Of a DNA stretch of 64,000 nt, positions 27,550-38,212 are shown piece by piece; the stretch's first letter is position 1; the number at the start of each line of letters is the position of its first letter. Source of the stretch: Candidatus Poribacteria bacterium (GTDB taxonomy: Bacteria; Poribacteria; WGA-4E; PCPOR2b); contig OZ220744.1 of NCBI GenBank assembly GCA_965116925.1, forward strand, positions 3,712,001-3,776,000. The letters are read 5' to 3'. The notes beneath the pieces are model-generated. The model was given only the letters and a program-made list of their open reading frames with translations. It was not told the DNA's origin and did no database searches. The position numbers were made by a program, and so were the translations under genes.

Positions 27550-28581
27550 TCATCCTATCAAATCGAACCGATTGAAATCTACTGCCCCAACAACGGGTCT
27601 ATTCGCGAAGAAATCCTCTAATGCTGCAAGTGTCGACTCGCCGATTTTGGAGTAGCCGTAAGCACCTGTTCCAGAGATATGGGGTGTGACAAAAACATTT
27701 GGCAGCCCTAGAAACGGACTATCCGGTGGCAATGGCTCCGGGGTTGTGACATCAAGCGTGATGAAAATACGGCCGGTTCGCGCTTCAGCTAGTAAAGCAT
27801 CATGATCAATCACGCTCCCTCGTGAGGTGTTGACCAGCGTGGTTCCGTCCCGAAGCAGTTTCAGCTGTTCCTCACCAATCATTTTATCTGTTTCCGGGAT
27901 ACTTGGCGTGTGAACTGTCACAATATCAGCTGTGGCAAAAAGGTCGTTGAGCGAAACTTTCTCCACACCAAGCGTGCCGGCGTCCCAATCTGAGAGATAC
28001 GGATCGTAGATTAGTTTCCTGACCTCGAAAGACTGCAAAAGCTTAATCACCTGTCGTCCAACTTTGCTTGCTGAGACGATACCAACAGTGCTTCCGCGTA
28101 AAGAGGGTGCCCTTGAAGCCACTTCACGACGATTCCACTTCCCCGATCGGGTGTGCAAGATAAAGTCAACCCATCGGCGGGTGGTCATAATCATTGCACC
28201 AATCGTGTATTCGGCAACGTTGTAGGCGATTGCTTCGTTGGCACTGAACACACAGATCTGACGTGGTAGGATATATTTGTTGAGGACCTCACCGACAAGA
28301 AGTTTTATAGAACCTGCTGAATGAGCGATGATTCGGAGGGCGTCTGCGTTAGCCATCACCTTTTCGGTTATCGGCGACACACCCCAACCCGTAACTATCC
28401 CCTCGAACCCGGCAACACGCTCGGCGATTTGGTCGCTTGTATAGCTTGAGCCGGTTTCATTCAGCGTTACATCAAATTGCTCCTGAAATCGCGCAAAAAC
28501 GTCTGGAGGGAAAACCTCTGCGGTATGCCCTGATGTGGGCAGATATAAAATTTTAGGTTTGCTCATCGGTGCTCCTTTCAT
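27550..28581 (-). CDS. D-2-hydroxyacid dehydrogenase family protein
   Basis: HSAGSIK, VAEY, YDPY, VNTSRG, LDVTTPEP, TPHISG. Confidence 0.9.
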   Translation of the reverse strand: MKGAPMSKPKILYLPTSGHTAEVFPPDVFARFQEQFDVTLNETGSSYTSDQIAERVAGFEGIVTGWGVSPITEKVMANADALRIIAHSAGSIKLLVGEVLNKYILPRQICVFSANEAIAYNVAEYTIGAMIMTTRRWVDFILHTRSGKWNRREVASRAPSLRGSTVGIVSASKVGRQVIKLLQSFEVRKLIYDPYLSDWDAGTLGVEKVSLNDLFATADIVTVHTPSIPETDKMIGEEQLKLLRDGTTLVNTSRGSVIDHDALLAEARTGRIFITLDVTTPEPLPPDSPFLGLPNVFVTPHISGTGAYGYSKIGESTLAALEDFFANRPVVGAVDFNRFDLIG

Positions 28582-28601
28582 TCGATTTAGGCGTTTTGAT
28601 G

Positions 28602-30680
28602 TTAAAACAGCGGTCTATTCACAACAGTATCGCGTATACTGGCAGGGGCAACGTCGTGATGGGAGAACTCCATCGTGAACATCCCGCGTCCTTGAGTTAG
28701 CGAGCGCAATTCCGTTGTATATTGGAACATCTGCGCTAACGGAACATGGGCATCAATAGATTCCGCTGTTCCCACCGTTCCGGTTTCGTGGATCTGCGCA
28801 CGGCGTGAATTGAGGTCGCCAATCACCTTACCAATATGTTCAGTTGGCGCAATCACCTGAATTTTCATAATCGGTTCTAGCAGGACAGGAGCTGCCCTTT
28901 GGGCGGTATTCTCAAAAGCAATGACGGTAGCGGCTTCAAAGGCGTTTTCTGATGAATCTGTTTCATGGTATGAACCACCGGTGAGAACCACTTTGATGTC
29001 CTGCATGGGGAAGCCGCTTAACACCCCGTTTGACATTGCACTTCGTGCCCCTCGTTCAACGGCAGCGACGTATTGGCGAGGGATATCTAGTTCGTTGCTC
29101 TCATCCGCAAATTCAAATCCTATCCCTCTCGGTAGCGGTTCCAACCTGAGTATAACATCCCCGTAGATGCCCTCATCATCAACCTTGTGAATATATTTGC
29201 CTTGGGCTTCAGCGATTTGATTAATTGTTTCACGGTAGGCAACCTGTAACTTGCTGACACGCGCATTGACTTGGAACTCGCGCAGCATCCGATCTGTCAA
29301 GATCTCTAGATGAAGTTCGCCCATACCTGAAATCACACGCTGCCCAGTTTCATCGTCGATCTGTACAGTAAAGGTTGGATCCTCTTCCATCATGAAGTCA
29401 AGCGTTTCTTCAAGCGCATCTTTATCCCTTTCGGACCTCGGTTCAATGGCGACAGAGATGACCGGCTCTGGAAATACCATAGATTCCAACAGAATTGGAC
29501 GCGAGGCGGTCGTCAACGTATCTCCAGTGGTAGTGCTTTTCAATCCAACAAGCGCGACAATGTCTCCTGCGTACGCCTCATCACAGGTTTCCCGTTTATT
29601 GGCGTGCATCTGCAAGATCCGCGTTGCCCGCTCTTTTGTGTCTTTTGTTACATTGTAGAGGACCTCCCCACGTTTGAGTGTCCCAGAGTAGATGCGGCAG
29701 TAAACAATTTTAGCTACATTCGGATCTCTGGCAATCTTGAATGCTAACGCAGCAAACGGCGCCTCATCTTTCGACTCCCGCTCTTCCTTGCGGTCTTTGC
29801 GCGGGACGATGCCCTCAATCGGTGGCACGTCAGCCGGTGCCGGAAGAAAATCAATGACGGCATCGAGTAACGGTTGGACGCCTTGATTCTTCAGAGCCGT
29901 TCCACATAACACCGGGACCAATCTGTTTTTTAACGTTGCTAGACGAATCCCACGCAGAAGTTCTGCTTCCGTAATCTCCTCGCCTTCGAGATACTTCTCC
30001 AACAGGTCATCATCTTCGCTCGCAATAGTTTCAACCAACTCTTCACGCGCTGCCTCCGCTGCTGCAGCCAATTCCGTGGGGATCTCCGTCACATCAAGGG
30101 TCTGTCCTTGGTCCTCTTCACGCCAACGGAGGGCTTTCATACGAATAAGATCCACGACACCTGAAAACTGGCTTTCAGCACCGATTGGCAGTTGGAGGAG
30201 TAACGGATTAGCACCCAATCGTGTTTTCATCATTTCAACGACACGCGGAAAATCCGCACCTAACCGATCCATCTTGTTCACGAAAGCGATTCGTGGAATG
30301 TGATAACGTTCTGCTTGGTGCCACACTGTTTCGGATTGGGGCTCAACGCCGCCGACAGCACAAAATAGGGCAACTGCCCCATCAAGTACACGCAGGGAAC
30401 GCTCAACTTCGACGGTGAAGTCAACGTGCCCCGGCGTATCGATCAGATGAATCGCATGGTCACGCCAAAAGCAGGTTGTCGCTGCCGCAGTGATGGTCAC
30501 ACCACGCTCGCGCTCCTGAACCATCCAATCCATATCCGTTGTACCATCGTCAATATCACCGATTTTATGCTTCTTGCCGGTATAGAATAAAATCCGTTCG
30601 GTAGTCGTTGTTTTTCCGGCATCAATGTGCGCCATGATGCCGATGTTTCGTACCCGTTCAATCCCATATTCCCGTGGCAT
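28602..30680 (-). CDS. fusA: Elongation factor G (solitary paralog)
   Basis: [38 protein letters not shown]; not next to rpsL/rpsG/tuf. Confidence 0.9.
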   Translation of the reverse strand: MPREYGIERVRNIGIMAHIDAGKTTTTERILFYTGKKHKIGDIDDGTTDMDWMVQERERGVTITAAATTCFWRDHAIHLIDTPGHVDFTVEVERSLRVLDGAVALFCAVGGVEPQSETVWHQAERYHIPRIAFVNKMDRLGADFPRVVEMMKTRLGANPLLLQLPIGAESQFSGVVDLIRMKALRWREEDQGQTLDVTEIPTELAAAAEAAREELVETIASEDDDLLEKYLEGEEITEAELLRGIRLATLKNRLVPVLCGTALKNQGVQPLLDAVIDFLPAPADVPPIEGIVPRKDRKEERESKDEAPFAALAFKIARDPNVAKIVYCRIYSGTLKRGEVLYNVTKDTKERATRILQMHANKRETCDEAYAGDIVALVGLKSTTTGDTLTTASRPILLESMVFPEPVISVAIEPRSERDKDALEETLDFMMEEDPTFTVQIDDETGQRVISGMGELHLEILTDRMLREFQVNARVSKLQVAYRETINQIAEAQGKYIHKVDDEGIYGDVILRLEPLPRGIGFEFADESNELDIPRQYVAAVERGARSAMSNGVLSGFPMQDIKVVLTGGSYHETDSSENAFEAATVIAFENTAQRAAPVLLEPIMKIQVIAPTEHIGKVIGDLNSRRAQIHETGTVGTAESIDAHVPLAQMFQYTTELRSLTQGRGMFTMEFSHHDVAPASIRDTVVNRPLF

Positions 30681-30840
30681 ATATCTCTCCGTCTTTGGAA
30701 TAAATCTTTGATTGCTTATTTGTTATGAACATGTCTAGTATATCATGTTAAATCTAAAAACTCAATTACAAGTGATTCAGCTCGATTACATCAAGGTCAT
30801 CGCGGATATGTTTGGCAGATATTTTTCGGCGTGATATAAT

Positions 30841-31057
30841 AACGCAAGTTGCTAGTTGATAAACCAAGTACTGAAAACGAACGCAATAGTCGGGAATTGG
30901 AATTCCCTCCTACAGAAAACACCCGGTAGGAGCGATCGCCGAATCGCGACTCTGACCTTAAAGCCCCAAAGGGGCGACAGGGGTGTCGTGAGTTGGTTAT
31001 TTCTGATAGGCATCGGGTATGAAAACTCGACCTACATACTGTCTAGCAACTTGCGTT
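30841..31057. mobile_element. MITE family D, copy 1
   Basis: Perfect 15-bp TIR aacgcaagttgctag/ctagcaacttgcgtt, flanked by ataat on both sides. Confidence 0.75.
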
Positions 31058-31062
31058 ATAAT

Positions 31063-31310
31063 AACGCAAGTTGCTAGTTGATAAACCAAGCACTATAAAC
31101 CGAGTTTTTTCTTCAAAACTCGGTTTCTGTCTGATTCAAACCACTTGGGTTATGCTATAGAACTCTAGTAGTAGTGTAAATGTTGCCAATCGTGGCATCC
31201 CCCGCATTACCAATCGTGGCGCAGATTGCCTAATCTGCGATCCCCCGCATTACCTATTACGCTTCGTTTCACGATTTAGACAAACACCAGAACAACTAGC
31301 AACTTAGGTT
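31063..31310. mobile_element. MITE family D, copy 2 (tandem, different interior)
   Basis: aacgcaagttgctagttgataaaccaag...ctagcaacttaggtt; ataat at 31058-31062 and 31311-31315. Confidence 0.7.
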
Positions 31311-31348
31311 ATAATAACGAGCCTAAGTCACTGATTCGAGGGAAACAA

Positions 31349-31975
31349 ATGAAGAAGCTGATAACTGCACAACAGTTTGAAAGGTCCTTTTGTTCGCAAT
31401 GGGAAGAGGACAAACAGTCATGCGAGAAGGCTATTGATGATGCCTACAACGGTCCTTGGAAAAACTGGACAAAATTCATGTTGGGGGCCAAAGATGGGGA
31501 TGGTCGGGATGCCTTTTTCTACAGGGTCTTACAGAAATTAAAAAAAGATATCGAAAAAAAAGATATCGATTTCTCCTGTGAAAAAGGGAACAAATTCGAT
31601 GGAGTCTATCATCGCCGTGAATCATTTTATAAGGGATATTATTATCCACCTTGCATGGATGTGCTCATTGAACATGAGAACGACGAGTATATAGAGGAAG
31701 AAATGTGGAAACTGCTAATGTGGAGATCGCCCTTAAAGGTGCTCGTCTGTTATGACTGGGATGAGAGTGAGAAAACCACTTGCAAAAGAGTAAAATGGTT
31801 AAAAAACAAACTTGACGAGTTAGCCGACATGGCAAAGCAGGTCGATGAAACATGGGAGGAAGCGGAAGATACTGAATATCTCATTGTCATTGGTAACCAA
31901 GATTCTGACGACAATATTATCTGGGAGTTCAAAAAGCTTGATAAAGGTGATTATAAGTGGATAAATAACTCTTGA
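31349..31975 (+). CDS. AT-rich hypothetical protein, possible restriction-endonuclease-like fold
   Basis: 208 aa; FDGVY...DVLIEHEND; SD gaggg. Confidence 0.55.
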   Translation: MKKLITAQQFERSFCSQWEEDKQSCEKAIDDAYNGPWKNWTKFMLGAKDGDGRDAFFYRVLQKLKKDIEKKDIDFSCEKGNKFDGVYHRRESFYKGYYYPPCMDVLIEHENDEYIEEEMWKLLMWRSPLKVLVCYDWDESEKTTCKRVKWLKNKLDELADMAKQVDETWEEAEDTEYLIVIGNQDSDDNIIWEFKKLDKGDYKWINNS

Positions 31976-32209
31976 AGACCCTCCCGATGGAATCAGGATT
32001 CAAGCCAAACTGACTTTGTTTTATATGTTCTAAAGTTTGTGCAATTCAGGGTACAGGTGATTGATTGAAACCGCTTTTGGTGATGTTAATCAGTGCTAAG
32101 GAATCGTTTTCACTTGACTTTGTAGTATGTTCGAGGAAAGTACTTAATCAAAATTTGGGAAAACGCGGTACATTACGTCTAGTGACAGACTTTTGTTAGG
32201 AGCAAAAAA

Positions 32210-33613
32210 ATGAGCGAAAGACCACTTCACTTCAAAACGATTACTGATGTATCCGAACTAATAAGAGCGAAACATATATCGCCTGTGGAGATTACTACTG
32301 CAATACTGGAGCGCATTGACCAACTGGATAGCAGCCTCAAAAGCTACGCCACCGTCATGGCAGACCACGCGATGGTGGCAGCTCAGAAGGCTGAGGCAGA
32401 AATCACATCTGGCACGTATCGGGGCCCACTCCATGGAGTACCGATAGCCGTGAAGGATCTGTGTTTCACCAAGGGTGTCCACACGATGGGAGGAACACAG
32501 GCACTCGCCGAGCATATTCCTGACTTCGATTCTACCGTTGTTGCAAAATTAGAATCGGCTGGAGCCGTGCTGCTCGGCAAGCTTAATCTTACGGAAGGCG
32601 CGATGGGTGGCTACAATCCCAAATTCCAGATTCCCATCAACCCGTGGAACGCTGAACGATTCGCGGGTGCCTCATCCAGTGGATCCGGGGTTGCGACAGC
32701 GGCGGGGTTGTGCTACGGTTCTCTTGGTAGCGATACCGGTGGTTCGATTCGCTTCCCTGCCGCAGCGTGTGGCACGGTTGGTCTCAAACCCACATGGGGG
32801 CGAGTCAGTCGCTATGGCGTATTGGCTTTGGCGGAATCACTCGACCATGTTGGACCCCTGACGCGAAGCAGTGCCGACGCAGGTATCGTGCTTGAAGCCA
32901 TCTCCGGTTTCGATCCCAAGGATCCCACGTCCCTGCCTGCCCCCGTGCCCAACATGCTCGAAGGCATAGACAAGGGTGTGGAAGGTGTTCGTATCGGATT
33001 GGATTTGCAATATGCTACCAAAGACATCGACCCTGAGCTCGCAGAGGCGGTGCTAGCTGGCGTAAAGGTTCTGGAAGATTTGGGGGCTGAGATTGTCGAG
33101 GTGGAGCTGCCGGATATAGACCCATACGTGGCTGCGTGGCCGACGCTGTGTTCCGCCGAAGCGGTTGCCGCCCATGAAGCAACCTACCCCTCCCGAAGAG
33201 ACGACTACGGTCCTTGGTTCCGTGGCTGGCTTGATAAGGGGGCAAAGGTGACAGGGGCGGAATATGCCAAAGCCAACAACTTGCGCGCTGCCTGTACAGG
33301 GCATCTTCGCCGTGTGTTTGAGGAGATTGATGTGCTCGTCTGCCCTTCAACGTCCGCACCGCCACGCCCGGTCACGCCAGAAGAGTTATACGGTCCGATG
33401 CCAGAAAGCCGCGAGCCGAAATTCCAACGGTTCACCGCGCCGTTCGATTTCAACGGGGCACCAACACTGTCCGTGCCGTGTGGCTTCAACAGCGAAGGGC
33501 TTCCGCTAAGCATTCAGTGGGTGGGCAAGCACCTATCAGAACCGCTGTTGTGTCGGGTTGGTCACGCCTACGAAGGGGCAACCGAGTGGCACAATCAGCA
33601 TCCGGCTGTTTAA
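32210..33613 (+). CDS. Amidase signature family enzyme
   Basis: GPLHGVPIAVKD, GASSSGSG, GSDTGGSIRFPA, GLKPT. Confidence 0.93.
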   Translation: MSERPLHFKTITDVSELIRAKHISPVEITTAILERIDQLDSSLKSYATVMADHAMVAAQKAEAEITSGTYRGPLHGVPIAVKDLCFTKGVHTMGGTQALAEHIPDFDSTVVAKLESAGAVLLGKLNLTEGAMGGYNPKFQIPINPWNAERFAGASSSGSGVATAAGLCYGSLGSDTGGSIRFPAAACGTVGLKPTWGRVSRYGVLALAESLDHVGPLTRSSADAGIVLEAISGFDPKDPTSLPAPVPNMLEGIDKGVEGVRIGLDLQYATKDIDPELAEAVLAGVKVLEDLGAEIVEVELPDIDPYVAAWPTLCSAEAVAAHEATYPSRRDDYGPWFRGWLDKGAKVTGAEYAKANNLRAACTGHLRRVFEEIDVLVCPSTSAPPRPVTPEELYGPMPESREPKFQRFTAPFDFNGAPTLSVPCGFNSEGLPLSIQWVGKHLSEPLLCRVGHAYEGATEWHNQHPAV

Positions 33614-33735
33614 GAATCAGCAACAGAAACCGTAGGGGCGGGGTTCCCCCGCCCCGATTTATCAGGGTTGGGTGACCCAACCCCTACAAAAACCCGGTTT
33701 CTCTTCGTGCTTTGCACTTTCTTTTTACATGAGCC
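33604..33735. mobile_element. MITE family A (inverted, degenerate left end)
   Basis: Clear end gcactttctttttacatgagcc and internal GTAGGGG palindromes; left end degenerate and overlapping the amidase stop. Confidence 0.65.
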
Positions 33736-33739
33736 CAAT

Positions 33740-34948
33740 TCAAAGCCAATGCGCGAAGGGCCACAGTGTGGCTGACCGGCTAAAAGAGGTGTCCAGAAGC
33801 ATTTCGGTCTCCTCAATCGGATCGTGTCCGTATCGTCGGACAAACTCCGCCTCGATCTGACCCTCTAACTCGGTTGGACTATCCAAGGGCAGTGTCATCC
33901 AAGCGTTTCCCAGACGCGCACTTTCGCGGATAGCAAGGCAGATCTCCCAATCATGTAGTGCGTTTTCGGCACCGTACTGCGGTGTCCCTCCCTGTGTAAT
34001 TGCACGGTGAAAACTGACAAGGATACTCGCCTTCGCAACGTCATCCGGCGAGCCGATGCGATACGATTTGAAGGGATTTTCCCAAACCATCGGCGGGGCG
34101 GTGTCCACCCGGACCGCCTCAAGTATACGTTCTCCATCTATTTCAGTATACTGCTCTATAATATCGTAGGGTTGTGCTTCTCCGTACAACGTGAGCCGGT
34201 TTCGATCGAAGTGCCCCTTTGTGCCCTCGACCTGCCAGCCCGTTGAAAAGGTCTGTTCCCGCAACGGAAAGGCGCGCGGCGGCTTCTCGAACAGGCAGCT
34301 CACACCGTTATCAAACTCAATCACCGCCTGTTCCCATTTTATCGTTGATTCCGGTTCTCCACCGTAGGCAATATACGGTTCAGTTTCCACCTCTCCGCAG
34401 TAGCCGAGAACGCGAGTTGCCCTTGCCCCCAACAGAGACCGGACTCCGTTGAAACCGTGATACTGTCCGGTCAGATACCATAGCCGGGCATGGGTAAGTT
34501 TACCGATACCTCCCGCTTCAATAATCTGTCGCTTGAGACGCTCTGCGGGCCAGAGCCAGACCTGCTCTCCCACCTCCCACAGTACCCCTGCTGACCGGCA
34601 CGTTTCGGCAATTGCTGCGGCGTAGCGTCGTGTCAACGCTACTGGTATTTCTGTGATAATATGTGCGCCGTGCCGCGCTGCGGTAAGGGCAATGACGATA
34701 TGAGAATCCTTTGGTGCCAAGCTGAGTATGACATCTGGCTGCTCTGCATCAAAAAGCGCAGCCACACTTTCGTAGCAGGCTTGGACCTTGTATTGAGTCG
34801 CTACCTCCTGAAGCACTTGGGGATTGCGGTCGCAGATGGCGGCGAGTTCGTAGTGATCGGTCAGGCGTGTGATTGTTTCTATGTACTGACGAGCGCGAGA
34901 GCCGCGGTCAGCTCCTACCCCGATGACAGCAATGCGAAGTTTGGACAT
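33740..34948 (-). CDS. Gfo/Idh/MocA family oxidoreductase
   Basis: LRIAVIGVG, AICDRN, HIITEIPVA (EKP variant), GGIGKL. Confidence 0.85.
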   Translation of the reverse strand: MSKLRIAVIGVGADRGSRARQYIETITRLTDHYELAAICDRNPQVLQEVATQYKVQACYESVAALFDAEQPDVILSLAPKDSHIVIALTAARHGAHIITEIPVALTRRYAAAIAETCRSAGVLWEVGEQVWLWPAERLKRQIIEAGGIGKLTHARLWYLTGQYHGFNGVRSLLGARATRVLGYCGEVETEPYIAYGGEPESTIKWEQAVIEFDNGVSCLFEKPPRAFPLREQTFSTGWQVEGTKGHFDRNRLTLYGEAQPYDIIEQYTEIDGERILEAVRVDTAPPMVWENPFKSYRIGSPDDVAKASILVSFHRAITQGGTPQYGAENALHDWEICLAIRESARLGNAWMTLPLDSPTELEGQIEAEFVRRYGHDPIEETEMLLDTSFSRSATLWPFAHWL

Positions 34949-34983
34949 GATCGTTTTTTACCTCAGCCTATTGACCAATGGTG

Positions 34984-35200
34984 CTAGTACTCAGTCATAT
35001 AATTTTTGGAATTATTATATATGTTATCGTTTGCTTTCAATCAGGGCTCATGTAGAAAGTGCAAAGCACGAAAATAAATTGTAGGGGCGGGGTCTCCCCG
35101 CCCTTATTTGCCAGTGCGGGGGTCGGGTCACCCGACCCCTACGAAGTATTATGAGTCTCGATCCATATAGACAATCATAATTTGCCTGACAGTGTACTAG
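34984..35200. mobile_element. CTAG-bounded MITE family G (IS701/IS5-like) containing part of a family A element
   Basis: ctagtactcagtca...tgacagtgtactag; related copy at 40693-40811. Confidence 0.75.
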
Positions 35201-35533
35201 TTTGCAGCTGTTAATAACGTGATACGTGAAAATCATTGGTTTATCAGTTCATTTAGCCCTAGCGGGGCGACATGTGTATCCGAAGGGTGGAACGTAAGAA
35301 GAATGAATGAACCAACCGTTTCAACGAGGCTGCAGATTCCAAATCACTGTATCATATACCTGGAGGGCGGGTCAAGTACGAAACGCTGACGCTCCTTCGG
35401 GTAGTGCACCATCCTTTCCCGCCGATGGTAGATTTAACCTTGACGCTCTTCATGGTGCGTGATATATTTTTGTTGATTGTCGTCATACCGATTTTTAAGC
35501 TATCCGGTGGCACCCGGTGGAATAGTTGAAGGC

Positions 35534-36544
35534 ATGGGAATGAGTCGATTAAATCAGGTAATAGAGGGGGCTGTCAGTGAAACGAGTTTTTCAGGCGTGG
35601 TTTTCGTTAAACTCAATGGAAACGTAAAATTTGAAAATGCCTACGGCTATGCGGATAGGAGCAATAAAATTCCGAATACGATCGACACCCGTTTCGGAAT
35701 AGCGTCAGGAACCAAGTTTCTGACTGCACTTGGAATCGGAAAACTGATTGATCGTGGCGAACTCTCTTTAACTTCAAGATTATGTGACTGTGTAAATATT
35801 GATTTTCCCCATATATCAGAAGATGTCACTATCCACCATCTCTTAACCCATACTTCTGGGGTTTACGACTATTACGATGAAGAACTTATTGAGGATGTCG
35901 ATAATTTTCAGTTGGATATCCCCTGTTTTGACTTAAAGGGTCTCAAGGATTACATACCGCTATTTCGTGACGGGAGAATGAAGTTTAGCCCAGGGGAAAG
36001 GTTTTCCTACTCAAACGGAGGGTTTATTCTACTGGGAATCGTCATTGAAGAAATCTCAGGAACCCCCTATATCGACTTTATACAAGAAAATATCTTTGCG
36101 TTATGCGATATGAGGGATTCGGGATTTTTTGCGATGGATCGTTTGCCAGAACGCACGGCTTTCGGATATATTGACGAGGACGACGGATGGAGAACCAACA
36201 TTTTTACCTTACCAATTATCGGATCGTCTGATGCGGGCGCTTTCACAACGGTAAGAGATATGGACAAGTTGTGGAGGGCATTTTTTGACGAAAAAATCCT
36301 TTCTAAACGGTTGACGAACCTATTTTTGGAAAAGGCGGTCAAAGACAAAGATAACAGATTTTACGGTCACGGTGTCTGGATTGACCATGAGGAGGGCGGA
36401 GATCCAGTTCACTTTCTCATGGGTTGGGATGCCGGCGTTTCTTTCAAGAGCACATGCCTTGCGAAGGATACAATTATAACAGTGATCTCTAATACGTCGG
36501 CGGGTGCATGGGCGGTAAACCGTGAAATCATGAAACAGTTATAG
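35534..36544 (+). CDS. Serine hydrolase (beta-lactamase-like) family protein
   Basis: IASGTK (SxxK), LLTHTSG, FSYSN (YxN); upstream TTGACG-17-TATATT. Confidence 0.88.
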   Translation: MGMSRLNQVIEGAVSETSFSGVVFVKLNGNVKFENAYGYADRSNKIPNTIDTRFGIASGTKFLTALGIGKLIDRGELSLTSRLCDCVNIDFPHISEDVTIHHLLTHTSGVYDYYDEELIEDVDNFQLDIPCFDLKGLKDYIPLFRDGRMKFSPGERFSYSNGGFILLGIVIEEISGTPYIDFIQENIFALCDMRDSGFFAMDRLPERTAFGYIDEDDGWRTNIFTLPIIGSSDAGAFTTVRDMDKLWRAFFDEKILSKRLTNLFLEKAVKDKDNRFYGHGVWIDHEEGGDPVHFLMGWDAGVSFKSTCLAKDTIITVISNTSAGAWAVNREIMKQL

Positions 36545-36600
36545 AAACCGAGTTTTTTCTTGAAAACTCGGTTTCTGTTGCCCGATTTTTTAATATGAGC

Positions 36601-37000
36601 GAAGTTGTTTATCCTGATATAGCACAAGGCACGGAGTTTGCCCGATAGCGGTTATTTTTTGGGAAATACTTCGTATCTCTTGCCAACATAGGAGACGTGG
36701 ATTCTCGGTCTGCTCAACAGCAAAGCCGTTTTCTGGTTTTACACAAAGACAAGTACACAGATTCGAGGCGGGTTTGTGAGATTTATTGCTCAATATGTGT
36801 CTCAAATCCCTATTCCCTCTATTAAGCCCGCGCAGAAAGCATCTATCAGCAAACTTGTCAATCAGATCCTCGCCACCAAACGCACCAACCCAGATGCCGA
36901 TGTATCCGACCTTGAAAATGAGATTGATCAGATAGTATACTTGTTATACGGTCTTACTCCTGAAGAAATTAAAATTGTGGAGGGAGCGGAAAAGGTCTGA
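36601..37000 (+). pseudogene. C-terminal TRD remnant of a type IIG (TaqI-C/Eco57I-like) R-M enzyme
   Basis: VVYPDIAQGTEFA, frameshift, GYFLGNTSY, in-frame TAG, LGLLNSK, IPIP, EIDQIVYLLYGLTPEEIKIVE; starts right after a MITE A right end. Confidence 0.8.
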
Positions 37001-37085
37001 ATCACGGATTAAACAGATTACACAGATTGCGCGGATTTTTTAATCCGTGTAATCCCTTAATCTCCGGTAATCTGCGATTCTGACA
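36995..37085. repeat. Family F 9-mer hairpin repeat
   Basis: gtctgaatcacggatt...(aatccgtgt-like)n...gattctgaca; further copies at about 37906-37996, 38052-38116, 38158-38201 and 40887-40965; half copy near 15438-15480. Confidence 0.8.
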
Positions 37086-37117
37086 ATAGGAGGCAAACAG
37101 AGTGAAAGGAGAACACC

Positions 37118-37453
37118 ATGCGAAAAGCAGACCTACAACAGCAAGCAGTTAAGTTAATCAAGCAACTCTCGACAGAAAAACTGAAAGCGGGGGTTGACTA
37201 TCTGAACACTCTGCAAGATAAGGAAGTGGAGAAAGCGACACACGAAGTGGCGACCGATTCAGATATCTCTGAGAATTTAGAGCCGACACCGACGGACAAA
37301 AATCCAATTGCACAACGCATCATTGAAGCCGTCGAAAAATCTCAGGAGGTTACCCTAGAAGATGCAGAGATACTGCTTCAGGTAATTAAGGAAAATCAGA
37401 TGCCTGTGCGGTTTGATTCACCATTTGTGACAAACAAGCAGGGAAGTCAATGA
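37118..37453 (+). CDS. Putative antitoxin
   Basis: 111 aa, strong SD; stop overlaps the start of a PIN toxin gene (ATGA). Confidence 0.65.
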   Translation: MRKADLQQQAVKLIKQLSTEKLKAGVDYLNTLQDKEVEKATHEVATDSDISENLEPTPTDKNPIAQRIIEAVEKSQEVTLEDAEILLQVIKENQMPVRFDSPFVTNKQGSQ

Positions 37454-37869
37454 CAAAGTATCTCTTGGAAACATCAACATGCAGTTATCTTATGGCGAAT
37501 CACACACGGGTCAAAGATCGTCTCACATCCGCTCAAGTTACCGATTATCCCTTCACCTGCCCGATTGTGCGCGGTGAGATCCTGTTTGGTGTCGAACTGT
37601 TGCCTGTTGGACGGAGACGACAATCTTTAGAGAGTCAAGCCAACAATCTGTTTTCTGGACTGATATGCGACCCAATCCCGGAAAACGCAGGCGATTTCTA
37701 CGCAAAGATAAAACGTGCAGCTCAGGAGCTAGGCACCCCGTTAGATGAATGCGATCTCTGGATTGCTGCGACAACACTGGCGTTAGATGCGATTCTGATA
37801 ACTTCTGACAGCGATTTTCATCGGGTCCAGGGATTATTTGGATTACAGTTAGAAGATTGGACGACGTAG
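37450..37869 (+). CDS. vapC: VapC-like PIN domain toxin
   Basis: YLLETS (first Asp replaced by Glu), GEILFG, DLWIAAT, LITSDSDF. Confidence 0.85.
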   Translation: MTKYLLETSTCSYLMANHTRVKDRLTSAQVTDYPFTCPIVRGEILFGVELLPVGRRRQSLESQANNLFSGLICDPIPENAGDFYAKIKRAAQELGTPLDECDLWIAATTLALDAILITSDSDFHRVQGLFGLQLEDWTT

Positions 37870-38212
37870 CAAGAATGGAGGAGTTCGCAGATTCAGCGGA
37901 TAAATTGTTGGATTCACAGATTAAACAGATGAATCGGCTATCACGGATTTTTAATCTGTGTAATCTGTTAATCCGCGCCAATCCGCGATTCTGACAGTGA
38001 GAAGATTGTGGAGGCGTATCGGGGCAGGGATGCCTCTCCTACGTCCAGCGGCGCAGATAGTGCAGATATTTTAATCCGTGTAATTCCCTAATCCGCGATA
38101 ATCCACGATTCTGACAGCAAAAAATCGCTATAGTGGAAAAAACCAACCCATTGTCCCAAAATCCTGAGAATCCTTGAATCCAGTAAATCCTGATTCAGAC
38201 AGAGGTAAGAGA

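Noticed and set aside
36688..36692. In-frame TAG in the TRD remnant as pyrrolysine or read-through
   Set aside because: It comes with a frameshift and 5' truncation, so pseudogene decay explains it.
36995..38201. Repeat cluster as a CRISPR array or classical integron attC array
   Set aside because: No constant repeat with unique spacers, no cas or intI gene, and no RYYYAAC/GTTRRRY ends.
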